Shown here: one piece after another, positions 23,701 to 36,137 of the stretch
How the letters are laid out: every line of letters begins with the position of its first letter
How positions within the stretch are numbered: position 1 is the stretch's first letter
Assembly: GCA_001643675.2 (NCBI GenBank)
Contig: LSRY02000015.1
Span: 1,116,001-1,180,000 of the forward strand
DNA: 64,000 nt
Direction of reading: 5' to 3'
DNA from: Monocercomonoides exilis PA203
Lineage: Eukaryota; Protista; Preaxostyla
The notes under the pieces: model-generated
Seen by the model: only the letters and a program-made list of their open reading frames with translations
The model's database searches: none
What the model was told of the DNA's origin: nothing
Program-made: the position numbers and the translations under genes

Positions 23701-24360
23701 GTGAAGAGGAAGAAGAAAGAGGAGAGGATGATGAAGCTGAGGGAGAAGGCGGAGAAGAAGTTTGATGAGGAAGAGATGAAGGATATGACAGACGATGAGA
23801 AAAAGGAATTTCTTAAGAAAAAAAAGAAAGCCGAAAAAAGGAAGAAGAAAGCGCAGGAGAGGAAAGAAGAGAAAAAGAAGAAGCTGTCGCATAAAAGACC
23901 CGATGATTCGTACTTTGACGAAGTGGAAGAAGAAGAAGACCCAGAAGATGTGATGCAGCGGCAGCTGGCGGAGAGGAGGAAGATGAGGCAGAAACGGTTC
24001 AGAGACCGGATGGAGATGCACAAAACGAGCGATCCGAAGAAGCTGGATGAGCAAAAACAGACAGTGAAGGAGAAGACGACGATGAAGAAGAAGACTTATA
24101 AGACTCCATTCACGTCGGATGAGGAGAAGGAGAAGGAGAAGAAGGAGAAGGAGAAGGAGAGGAAAGCAGGGAGGAAGGGGAAAGGGAAGAAAGGGAAGAA
24201 AGGAGAGGAGAAAATTGTGGAGAATTTAGAGGCAGAAGAAGAAGAAGAGTCGAAATATCTGCAGAAGAAGAGGCAGAAGGAAGAGCAAATGGAAGAAGGG
24301 TTGAGAAAATTGCGTGAGGAAAAGAAGCAAAGAGAAGAAAAGCAGAAGCATAGCTCTTGA
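20734..24360 (+). CDS. Hsp90-family chaperone with signal peptide (GRP94/endoplasmin-like), 2 exons (intron 20790-20834)
   Basis: Exon 1 MFLFIALTIFAASCASPEK; motifs LYSNKEIFLRELISNSADAL, DTGIGMS, NLGTIAHSGT, IGQFGVGFYSAF and LNVSREMLQ. Confidence 0.9.
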
Positions 24361-24691
24361 ATTATTTAATATGTGACCTTATTGTCCTTTGTATTTTTTT
24401 TAAAAATATTAATTTTTTTATTTATTTAATTTGTTCTTTGGTTATTTTCTTTCTAATCTTTGCTTTTTCAATTTTTTTTTATAATAATGTTGCATTAAAT
24501 CTTCTATCTTTGAAACTTTCAAATCTATTTTTCATTTCTGTTAAAATTGCGTATTTTCTATCTTCATAATAGATTTCAACCACTGTGTTATTTCCAATTT
24601 TTTTTTATTTTGATGAAAAAATATAAAATATAAAAGTAGTATGGGCATCGATCAATGAATTATTAATTGATGTGGTTTTTTGGCTATTTAT

Positions 24692-27600
24692 ATGAATCTA
24701 CATCTGCATTTGATAACTCTTTTAATTAACTATGTTTTATGGATTTTTCAAGATGTATTTTGCGTTGAATCTTCTTTTTCATCTTTTTCTTCGGACACGT
24801 CAAATTTATTTATTCCATTACAACCTTCTGTTCATCAAATTCTAAATGAAACTGGAAGGGAGTCTTTAAGTTCATTTCCATGCATATTATTTCAGTTTAA
24901 TAGTAATTTTTCTCTTCTTTCATCGTCTTCTTTTTCGTCCATTTCTCTTCAAAATGCATCATTTTTTTTAAGTTCTATAAATTTTGATGTTTACCATCAT
25001 TATCCGCTGTTCAACATTTCGTTATCTTCTGTACTTTCTATACATGCATTTACTATTAATTTTTCGACATTCAGAAACTGCTCAATTTTTCATTGTTTTG
25101 GAACTGTGTCAATCAAAAACATGAGTATTGCTTGCTCATTTATCAAGCCAATAGTCGTAAATCCTATTATAGATATGCGCAGCGAAAATGGACTGTTGGA
25201 TTTGTCATCTTTTAATGAAAATTCTCTTCAGTTCTCCCGCTCGTTTCTATTTGAAGGGATTGGAAAACAAGTGAGAATTGAAAATTGCAATTTTAATAAC
25301 GTTTCCTTCTGTAAATCGAAATCATCTTTAAATGCGCATATGTTTTTGGAAACTTGTTTCAGTTCTAATAATTATTTTCATGAATGCTCTGATCCAATAT
25401 TAGATATTCTACACGGAACTGATCATACAACAGAGATCTTCACATCATTAAACGATACTTTTGATAACTGTCACAGGCACTCTCGTGAAACCTTGAGATG
25501 GATATTTTGGCGTAAATCAAACTCCTATCAGAACAGTAGAATTTACTGTGAATCTGTCAAATTTGAAGCAGCAACATTTCAGTCATGCTCAGCAGAGGGT
25601 GAAGTGGGCGATGGTGAAACAACAGAAAACTGTGGAGGAGGAATCATGATGTATGTGCCAGCAGAACCACAATCACGCACAACTTCCCCAAATTCACTTA
25701 GCAAAGCTCCTATATTTCATTCTTCATCCTCTGCACGTATTTCAACTTCATCTTCCTCAACTGCTTTTCCTTCCTCATCTGCGACTGATTCCGTCCGGCC
25801 TTCACTTTCCATCCTCTCCTGCAGCTTCATCGACTGCTCCGCCTCTCTTTCTGGCGGCGGGGTGGCTGTGTTTGGCGATGTTTCTGTGCAAATCACAGAT
25901 TCCTTGTTTGTTCGCTGTGCAGCTGAAAAAGGCAGGGGCGGTGGCATTTTGACAAAGACAGCCAATTCGAAGGTGTTTTTGAGACATTCGGCGTGGCTGG
26001 ATTGTGCAGCACACGAAAAGGGAGCAGCAGTCGCAATGGACATGGGAGTGCTGAATATAAGTGTGCTATTTGTATTTTATTATTGCTTTATGGAGAAAAT
26101 GTTCCAATGAGAATAATTTTTTATTAATTTTCAAATATTTTTTTTTTAAAAAAAAAGATTTTTATTGTCTTTTTTATTTCTTTTCTGTTCTATTTGACTC
26201 TTGTTCGCATGATTGTTTATTTTATCTTTTTTTTTTCTTTTTCTTTTTTTTTCTTTTTCTTTTTTTTTTTTGCTTTATTGATGCCATTCACATTTTGTTC
26301 CAATTCTTTCTTCTTTCTTCTGTCAGGTCTCATGAGATATTACGCACTCAACTGCACTTTCATCAGATGCCTCAGCGAATCTCAGTCAGGTGGGGCATTC
26401 GCATTCTCTTTCTACACATTTTTCGATTCAGCAGATGGATCAGAAAATTTCCCATTTCCAACTTTTGTCTCGTCACAGTTTTCTTCTTCATCTTCTGTCT
26501 CATCTTCTGTCTCATCTTCTATCTCGTCTTCTGCATCATCTTCTTATTCGTCAACTTCATCGACAACTTCAACTTCCTCCTCTTCTCATTTACAATTTCA
26601 TTCACACACTCACACAAGCCACTTCTCCACATCACCTACACCTACACCTTCTCCTTCTCCTTCTCCCTCTCCTTCTCCCTCTTCCCCTTCACCAGCATCC
26701 ACTCCACCCATCACCAAACATCTCTTTTCCGGGTGCCATTTCGTCAACTGCTCCTTCAACCTCAACACTTGCGGCGTCTTCCTCGAAGAAAGCGTTCTTT
26801 TCCTTCAGTCTTTTTCTCTGGACTCTGTTCTGATGCCCTGGGAATCTCCTTTCTCCTCTTCATCTTCCACTCATCTGACTGACTTTGTGCACTTCAAGCT
26901 GCACATGCCTTTCTTTGCAGTTGACTTTGGTAGGATGCTGCAGCCGTTTGTGCAGATGAATGGAAATGAGAATAAAAATGAGAATTTTGATGAAAATATG
27001 AACGATAATGGAAGCAAAAATGATAGAAAACAGACAAACTTGGAAAATGACATCGCTCATGATTCACGAAACGATGATTCTGAAGCAAATAAATCTTCTT
27101 CATTGGATTCTTCTTCTTCTCCTCATCCTCCTTCTTCAGCTGAAAGTGACAATCACACAACGCACATCAAATCTAACTTATTAAGTTGCTCCAACAATAA
27201 TACTTCTTCTCCTCATCAACACTCGGATCAATACCCTCAACAACAGCTGAAGTGGTATATCCAAAGACTCAAATTCGCTTTCCTTTCCTCCTCCTCTTCT
27301 TCTTCATCCTCTTCCTCCTCAACAGCAAAACCCCATATCCACAGCAACCCCGTCACACCAGCCTCGCTATCAGTCCTCTTCAAGCTCAGCACGTGGCTTA
27401 ACAGCACCATCCAAACACGACACGTCTCCAAAGCAAAAGAAGGCGATGCGTCAAAGCTGTGTGGAGCAACATTACTCAACCCTTGCAGCAGCATCGCCAG
27501 TGCTGTTGATTTATGCCTGTCGCCCGATCAGATCGATGTACAGCTGCTGTTGTTGGCACAGGAGACAGAAGAGGAAGAGCGGAGAGTGTCAGAGGAGATG

Positions 27601-30600
27601 GAGAACGCATACAAGGACGCACTTCTGGGGACTGAGGAAGGAGGTTACCCGGGGCATGAAGTGATGCCTTCGAGGGTGTATTCATTGCCTTTATTACATT
27701 TTTCTTCTTCTTCTTCTTCTTCTGAAACTGCTGCTGCTTCTTCAAGACTGCACTCCAAAGCAACCACAAACCTTTCTTCTCAATCCAAAAGAAACACACT
27801 TAACAATCTGTATCTGAATGTGCTTCTGTTAGACAGAGACACATTCACCGAGTTCACCACCGTGAATGTGCTGAGCAAGCACGTTGAGATTATGGGCCAG
27901 TCACCTTCCTCTCATTCAGTCACATCATCACTGATTTCAAACAAACCAGCATTTGCAGTCACAACAGGAATGCTGCGGCTGAAGCGCATCACGTTCTTCC
28001 ACAAGTTGCATGTGGTGTCAAATGACTCACCGCTGTTTGTTGTCAAGGGAGCAGAGGATGATGTGAGTGCGAATCAGATGGATGCAGGTGAAGCAAGAAA
28101 GAGGATGATGATGGGATCAGCAAAGACAAATGTGAAGGAAGAACTTATTCGGAAGCTGTCACTGAATGATTCTGAGCAAAAGACAGAAAGAAATTCTTTA
28201 TCTGAAGATGATTTTGATTCAATTTCCAATATAAATGACAGAAACAAAGAGGTGAGCAGGGTACATAACCAGTTTGAAGTCAAAAGACAAAGTCCAATTC
28301 AAAGTATTGATGAGGCATTTACCGCAAAAGGCACACTCATCTTTGACGAGTCAATTCTGACCTGCACTCCAGGCGATGATGGCAAATACACTCAGCTGAT
28401 GGCTCCAGTTGTTGCTGTTGTGGATGGGTTTTTCATTGTCCTCAACTCGCAAATGAAGATGTTCAGTGTGAAATACCCGCTGATCTTTCTGTATGCTCCT
28501 TCACAACCTTCTATCTTTGCACGGTCTTTTTCTTTGCGTACCATTCCTGGCATTGTGCTGCAGAACTCGGTTATCTCAAACATTCACAGCTCCTCCAGAC
28601 TCTGTTCTGTCTTCTCTTCCACAAGCCAAACACTGCAGTCACATGGCAATATCACACCAGATTTGCCACAACGCAATGAATTCCAGCTTTCTCGTCCGTC
28701 TCATCCTCCTTTTGCTCTCTGGATACTCAACACAACCATAAACAACTGCACAGCGCCTTATTCGTATCGAGGCGGGGCATTGTATCTGAAGATTCCTTCG
28801 ACCACAAGTTCCGCTGCCAATGAGCTTTTAAGCTATTCGGACGAGCAGCTGCAGACTGTGTTGTCTATGCCTTCAACAACTATCATGCTACCAGCCAATG
28901 AAGAACTGGGACGAGTCTCACTTTCCTTTGTCAACGTGACCATTTCCAACGGCGGCTGTCTTGCATCTCCCTCTGCACCGGGCGAAGTTGGCAGAGGCGG
29001 AGGCGTCTTTCTTTCGCTGTGTCCGGATCAGATTGCTGACGGAAGCGTAGCTGCGAACATCCCCTTCCAGTTTGAAGACATTCGCTTTTATAACAACACA
29101 GCGTGCATCGCGCCGGACTTGTACATTCGGATGGCGTCGATGTCGGAGCAGCTGAAGAGTGCCTATTTTCACCTGTCGTTTGACGAGGATGATGAGGCGT
29201 ATCAGAATGGCATCATGGGGTCAGATGCAGCACGAGACAACCAATTGAAAGTGGAGGACGAAGAAATATGTGCAGATTATTCTGATATTGAGCTTCTTTC
29301 CCTGATACACTTCTACAAGTCAAGAACAGTGGTAGTGAGTCATAATGGTGTAGACAACACGTTGTGCGGGAGATTTTCAGCGCCTTGTTTGACACTGAAT
29401 CATGTTGTGCAGCATTTGCTGACAAAGGAAGAAAGAATTGCGGAGGAGCAGCTGAAAAATGAGGAAAACAATGAAAGCAGTGCAGTTATTGACATTAACT
29501 CTGAGCAGATAAAGTATGGGGAAATCTTTGTAGGTGAGAAATGTTCCATTGAAACTGTGATGATATTGAGAGATTCACATGTGTCTGTTCTTTTAATGTC
29601 TTCTTCTATCTCAACAACAACAGCAGCAGAGAAAAGTTTGCAAAGGAAATATGCGGAATTTAATGAAGGTGAAAATATTGATGGGCATAAGAATCTGTTT
29701 TTGGACACTCTTATAAGATCCTCAATAATTGTGAATTGTTCGTTTCCATTCTCTCCATATGATAGTGGTGTTTTGTGCTGTTTGGGCTCAGTTCTGTTCT
29801 CGTTCATAAGCTTTATCTTTGGCGGAGAGTGTGTTGTTACTCATGAATTCTTTATGTTTGCAAGTACTGACGAATTCACTCTCACAGATGTTAGCTTTGT
29901 TTGTAGCAATGACGTTGCACTCGCGATGGAAACAGCAAAGCTGCTATGTTGTGTTAGAGGAATTGTGACGATAGAAGGTGTTTCTATTGATGGAAATATC
30001 GCAGCAAATGAATTGTTTCAGGTGCGAACTGTTCAAACAGTGTCACTTTATTCTGTTTCAATTAATCATACTTCCAATGAAGGCGCCTTGGAACATAATA
30101 ACACGAGGATTTCTTTTGTGAATTGCTCCATCATTAAAATCGTGTCGTGCACATTTAGTGGCATTGTTAGTGTGGATTCTGTTCCGGCTTCTTCATTTGG
30201 AAATCTGTGCACATGGAACACCTCGTTTCTGCGAATGGAGAATAGCACTGCCACACTGCAAAACACAGTCATTGCGAATGCATCAATCGGAGGCATTTAC
30301 TCGAAAGGAAGCAATTTGTCATTGAACAACTGCACATTCATGAACAATTCACGTCAGCTGAAGGGGTTTGAGTCGTATCGTCGCAATGTTGTTTGCTCGG
30401 GAAAGGGGATTTTAACTGTCAATTCAATGGTCACTTCCAGCTTAAGCAATGAAAGAATGAACCATGAGATGTTGAAATCTTTTAAACTTAAAGATTCACA
30501 CTTTTTATCCAGTTTATCTGAGTTTTCTGATTTGATTCAATCCGAAATGAATAAAAATGAGAAGACCTCTTCTGCCATTCTTGCAACGCCGAATCAATCT

Positions 30601-33360
30601 TTCTGGATTCACAACGAAGGATGTAAAATTCGGGGTGTTCCGTCAATTCTTGCCTCCTCATATTTCATCCCTTCTTTGACAAAAGTGTCATATGAGACGA
30701 TCAACAAAGTCACACACCGAATAATATTTGAAGGGCAATTGCTATTTCCTTGTTTGCTTGCCTTCCGCATTGTGAAAACGAGCGGAGAAAGCTCAACAAC
30801 AACAGACTATCAGTTCACGAACGATCTGTTTGTCAACGAAAGCTACGTGATTGGTACCATCCCTTCTTCTGTGATCTTCTCATCCCGCCCCTTTGAGGAG
30901 GTTGCTGTGCAGCTGAGCTTCAGCACAGGAGTATTCTCTTCCGAATCATCATCAACTCCAACCAGAGCATTCACTCCGTTGTTTGTCCTGAAGAATGCCT
31001 CTTCTGTTTCAGGTGGAGAAGATGATCCTCCGATCGGGACAGGGAACGAGACAGGAGATTCTGGGAAGCACAAACCAAAACCGCATAACGAAAGCAGTGG
31101 TGGAAACCCTTCGTCGTCTCATCCAGAGAACAACCAGAAGGAGCTGAGCAGTCTGCTGCTGATCATAATTGTGGTTGTGTTCTGTGCGTTGCTATGTATT
31201 GTGATGGGTATTGTGGTGATATTTGTGCTGAGGAGGCTGTTCAAGAAGCGGATGATTGTGGAAGTGGCTGCAACTGACAGGGAAGCTCATCCGAAAGAGC
31301 AGGAAATCAACGAAATAGAAGACGAGAATAAGGAAATGTGCTTGCAAAACAAACTGAAGGAAAAAGAAAGCATCGAATTGAGTCAACGGCACTCGTCTCT
31401 TATATATTCAAAGGAGGCTGAAGAGATCATGGGGAGCAAAATATCATTGTATCTCAAAAATGACATGTTGAAAACTACAATTAACAAGGAAAAAGTAAAT
31501 TTAAACGATAGGAAATCAAAAAATTTAAAGGTGATTGAAAAAGAAAGTGAAAAAGAAGGAAGCGAGCAGCCAGCTGGCCAAGATGCTTTGAGCCTTGAAA
31601 TAAAAGGAACTAAAACCGTCGAATCAAAAACTCAAAAGACGGCTGCGAAAGAAAGTCGGGCAAGACATCGGCATTTGGATGTGGAGCTTGTGGAAGAGGA
31701 GCTGTTTGACGAGCCGCTTCCAAGGGCAATGCGAAAGCAGCAGCAATCACAGAAGAAAATACGCCTTGTAAGGAAGACAGGGGCAAGAAATGGCCTCAAA
31801 TGTGCAAAGAATGTGTCTGGACAGCAGAACAGAAAGAGAGGAGAAATGAAAGGCAATGCTGCAAGAAGTAATCGTTTTAATGGTGTTGGTGAAGGAAATA
31901 CGGCTTCTCAAACACCATCTTTGCTGTCCATTTCAATTCCAACTTCATTTTGTGAATCTTCGGCTCCATGCTCATCTTCAACTTCATCATCATCATCTTC
32001 TTCTTCTTCTTCAACACACTCACCATCGCCCTCTCCTTCTCCTTCGTCTTCTCCTTCGTCTTCTCTCTCAACATCCTCATCCTCGTTCACTTCCGCCTCA
32101 ACATCTTCAGCTTCAGCCTCAACTTCGAATTCTTCTTCTTCCTCATCTTCATCGTCTCCAACTTCTACTTCTTCATGTGAATCAACTTCTCCCTCCAAAA
32201 CTCAATCTGTTTCTCAATCACCTTCTCAAGCTTCATCTCGATTTCTCACTCCTTTTGCTTCGTCCTCTCCTTCACCCTCTCCTTCATCCTCTCCTTCATC
32301 CTCAATATCCCCTTCACCATCACCATCATCTTCTCCTCTATTTGGGCGCATTCCAGACAGCTTTCTGCACTCTTTTACGCCTCCGTCTAACTGTATCTCA
32401 GCTAAGCCATTTCACTCAGCTTCTCCTCAGTCCATCCTCAGCGACTCTTCTGCTGCAATAGCAACGGCTACTTCTACTGCTTCTTTCGCTGCCTCTGTTT
32501 CTGCTGTTTCTCATACAAATCATCTTCGAAGTTCGCAAAGTACTAGTCCAAGACCATTTATAGAGCGCGATTCTCAGTTGAACGGATTCGTTGGAAGAGG
32601 CGATGGAGATTCATTTGATGCTCCGACTTCACTTTCTTGTGCCAAGAAAGAAGAATTGAGCAGACATGTGCAAATCAGAAAGCATGTTCAAGGCACTTCT
32701 GATGTGGAGCATTCGATAAACATCAAAAGTGGAAAAGGAGAAAGTGATAAAAATACAAGTGACAAGTCGAACGAAGCAATTGGAAGACAAGAAAACAATA
32801 AAAATATACTCAGTTTTGGTAGCATTGAACGTGACGGAAAGGAAAGGGGGATTTTGGAAGGGAAAGAGGAAATTAAAGTAGAGGAAGAAAATTTTAATGA
32901 GACAGAAGAAGGTGAGGAAGAAGAAGTGGAGGAGGAATATGAGGAAGAAGAAGATGAGGAGGAGGAGGTGGAGGAGGAGGAAGAAGAGGAAGAGGAAGAG
33001 GAAGAGGAAGAGGAATCCGAAGAGGAAGAGGAATCCGAAGATAGCTCAGCAAAGCCAACATTTCTTGATAGTGAAGTTCATTATCAGTTGCTTTCAACGC
33101 AGCAAAAAATGAACACTTATAGACCCCTTCTTATTCCAACGCTGGCTGTGAGCCCAAATGAAGCTAAGATTTCTGATAACTTGGATGTGGACAACGAAAA
33201 TAAGAAGAATTGTGTGTTTGATGAAAACAAAGACAATGTCAACAATGCAAGCGAACTGAGCTTGAGCTCTGAATGCCCAAGCGGGATAGATTTGATGGAT
33301 CCCCAAAATGTTTTTGGTGCTTTGGGGTTGAGAGCAATAATGAGTGATTGCTACAAATAA
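24692..33360 (+). CDS. Large type-I membrane protein (~2800 aa) with GG[A/G][I/V/L] beta-helix-like repeats and a Ser/Glu-rich cytoplasmic tail, 2 exons (intron 26061-26326)
   Basis: Hydrophobic N-terminus; GGGV/GGGI/GGAL motifs; CG..PC modules; TM LLLIIIVVVFCALLCIVMGIVVIFVL (~31153-31230). A phase-1 GT..AG intron with a long polypyrimidine tract joins the two ORFs. Confidence 0.75.
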
Positions 33361-34022
33361 TCATATGGTTGTTATTCTTTTTCTGTGAATGTTGTAATAC
33401 TCAGACATTTGATTAAGATATTTAATGATGTTTTTTTATTTATTTATTTGACTTGAAAAGAATCCGTCATATTGGACTTTTTTTTTCAAAAAGTTGGGAT
33501 AAACGTTTTTATTGAGCCCAATTTTGAAAGTGCTATGTTAATTCATACATTTTATTCTAAATTAATCGGTATAACGATTTTTTTGATGTTTAGTTTTTAT
33601 TATTCTGATGTTTGTTTATTGTTTTTTTTCATACCCTTTAAATTGAGAACCTCATTTCAATAGATATGTATCGTGCTTATATTTATGAAGTTTTTTCAAT
33701 TTATTTGCAGAATTTTCGTTTATTTCACATTTTACAATTTACTTTCATCCTTTCATTTATTCTTTTTAAATCTGTTTTCTCCTTGAGTTTTTGAATGTCT
33801 TTAATTAAATATATATTAAATCTTATTTATAATCAAAAGTCGTTTTTTTTTTAAATTGAATTAGCAAAAGGGTATGATACGACCTGCAAAAAATTCCAAA
33901 AACAACTGTATTTTTTTTATGATCCAAAAAAGTCTGTCTTAAGTTTAATATCGAAAAAGCCTTTATTAGCTTTCCAAGTTCTTTTTGAAAATTATTTTGA
34001 TTTATTAATCGGGATTTTTTAT

Positions 34023-35033
34023 AGGGTTTTGATTTTATCTTGACCTTTTTTATTTATCTAAACCTTTTTCTTTTTTGTCATGCTTTTAGCTTTACACAAG
34101 CCTGCGATAAATAAAAAATAATCAGAAATGTTTGTAATGTTTTATTTTCCTTATTCTGTATTTTTTTTCGATATTTCATGTTTCACAAAAAGATCGAGGA
34201 TAATAATAATATTATATTTTGATCATTGACTTGCTGCTATTCCAGCGAATATTTTTTATTGGAAGTTTTAAGCTTTCAAATCATAATTCATCGTTTTATT
34301 TTTATAAGTTGAACTTGTTTTAAACTTTCTCAACTCGTTTTTTTTACACTTTTTCTCATTTCACTCATTTTTTCAAAAAACACGATTTTAAGGATACATA
34401 TGAATTTGTTTTGAAATTTATTGAAATAATTAATAAACATTATCAAAATAAAACGATTCTTGTATGTTTAAACGATTATTTGTTTGTTAGTATTTGGTAA
34501 TTTGAAACACAAAAAAATGATACATACATGCTTTTCAGTACAAATTCTTTTAAAGTTCATTTTCATTTCAATGCTTAATGCAAATAAACGATAAATATGA
34601 CTTTATATATTTTTTTCATTTAAATAAAATTTGACACAAACACTTGTTTTTATTAAAAATCGTGTTTTAAGCAAAAACAGTGAAATGAGAAAAAAAGGTT
34701 AAAAATTATATTGAAAAAGTTAAAAACCAGTTAAATAATAATATAGGAGTGTAGAATTATGATGTTGTGGCTTTTAACGTTTTATATAAAATATTCGCTT
34801 CAAAGCCAGCAAGTCTTTGAACTGGATACTTAAAATAAAAAAATAATAATAATTTTTAAGAAAAAAAATTTTATCAAAATTTAAAATAACAGAAAGTTGT
34901 AAATAATTTTGATAAAATAGTTTATAAATTTATTTTTTGTTTCAAACCTTTGCTAAGCTCGAAAAAAGCATCAGAAAGCTTCAAGAAAAAGTGTTGAGAT
35001 AAAAATTTGACGTCAAGATAAAATATGCACCCT
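34023..35033. repeat. ~1-kb imperfect fold-back (long inverted repeat)
   Basis: Nested paired blocks 34032-34044/35012-35024, 34228-34236/34807-34815, 34244-34255/34788-34799, 34280-34289/34754-34763, 34350-34365/34679-34694 and 34377-34389/34656-34668. Confidence 0.88.
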
Positions 35034-35487
35034 TAATATTTTTTTTTAAAAATTTCCTTTTGAATAATTTTTTCATATCACAAAAACTTCTTATCTTGAC
35101 CAAATTTTTATTCTTACTCACGAAAAACCACTAATATGGATATTACAACTTGATAATGTTGTTTCACACATCTATGTTAAGACTCTAGAGCATGAACAGA
35201 AATTTGATCAAAATATACAACTTTTTATTTATTCTAGAAATATACATGTGTAATTCTTTTTGAAAAGTCGCAAATGTTTAATTTTCAAATAAATCAAAAT
35301 TTTCAAATGTTGCTCACAATTTTGTTAACAAACACCAAACTTTTCAAATATTAAATTTATTATTTAATAATGCCATTTCATGAATTTAAAGAAGATTCAT
35401 CTAAGGAAACAGAAATTTGAGCAAGACATGAGATTTTTAATATATTTAAAAATAAAACGTTAGAGACTTTTCAAAAAAAAAATACCC

Positions 35488-35739
35488 ATATGGCATTTTT
35501 TTTTTGAAACTTCCTTTTGTTGAATTTTCAAATAAAAGAAGAATTTCATATTTTCATCAATTTTCTGTTACCACTTACAAAACTCTTTCAAAATGGAAAT
35601 AAAAGCAAAACTATGTTATTCTTTCCATTTCAGAAAAGTTTCGTAAGTTGGAACTGAAAACTGATGAAATTATTAGATTTTTATTTTTTTTTTTTTGAAG
35701 ATGGAACAATGGAAGTTTTCAAAAAAAGATCAGCCATAT
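35488..35739. repeat. ~250-nt imperfect hairpin
   Basis: ATATGGC/GCCATAT, AAACTTCC/GGAAGTTT, TTTCATCA/TGATGAAA, ACTTAC/GTAAGT and AAATGGAAA/TTTCCATTT; the inner three blocks share one register. Confidence 0.85.
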
Positions 35740-35819
35740 TTATATTAATATCTTATTAAAACTTTCACAAATTTTGTTTTCCTCAAATATCAGGGTTTTA
35801 TGAAAAAACTTAAAAAAAA

Positions 35820-35874
35820 TTCAAAAAAAAAATTCAAAAAAAAAAATTCAAAAAAAAAATTCAAAAAAAAAAAA
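35820..35874. repeat. Tandem repeat (TTC-A10-12)x4
   Basis: Directly visible. Confidence 0.8.
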
Positions 35875-36137
35875 TGATAAGGAATTTTAAAACTGACAGA
35901 AACAATAATTAACTGAGAGACAAGCAGCTCAATGATTAAGAAAAAAAGATTTAATAAAAATTCCAAGATTTAATTAAAAAAAATATTAAGAAAAATCAGT
36001 GAGAAAAAATGATAAACAAAAACAAATGTATTTTGGAAAATCACCAGGCAATAAGTTTGGTTAAAGCTTCAACCTGATAAACAAAATAAGGGTTGAAAAA
36101 ATAAAAGATCAAATAAAAATACTACTCAATTTAAAAA

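Noticed and set aside
34023-35033. Integrated Obelisk or viroid-like genome (1-kb rod)
   Set aside because: No Oblin-sized ORF, no ribozyme core found, and composition matches the host spacers.
35820-35874. CRISPR-like array or retroposon poly(A) tail
   Set aside because: No unique spacers, no TSD or element body; consistent with a simple slippage repeat.
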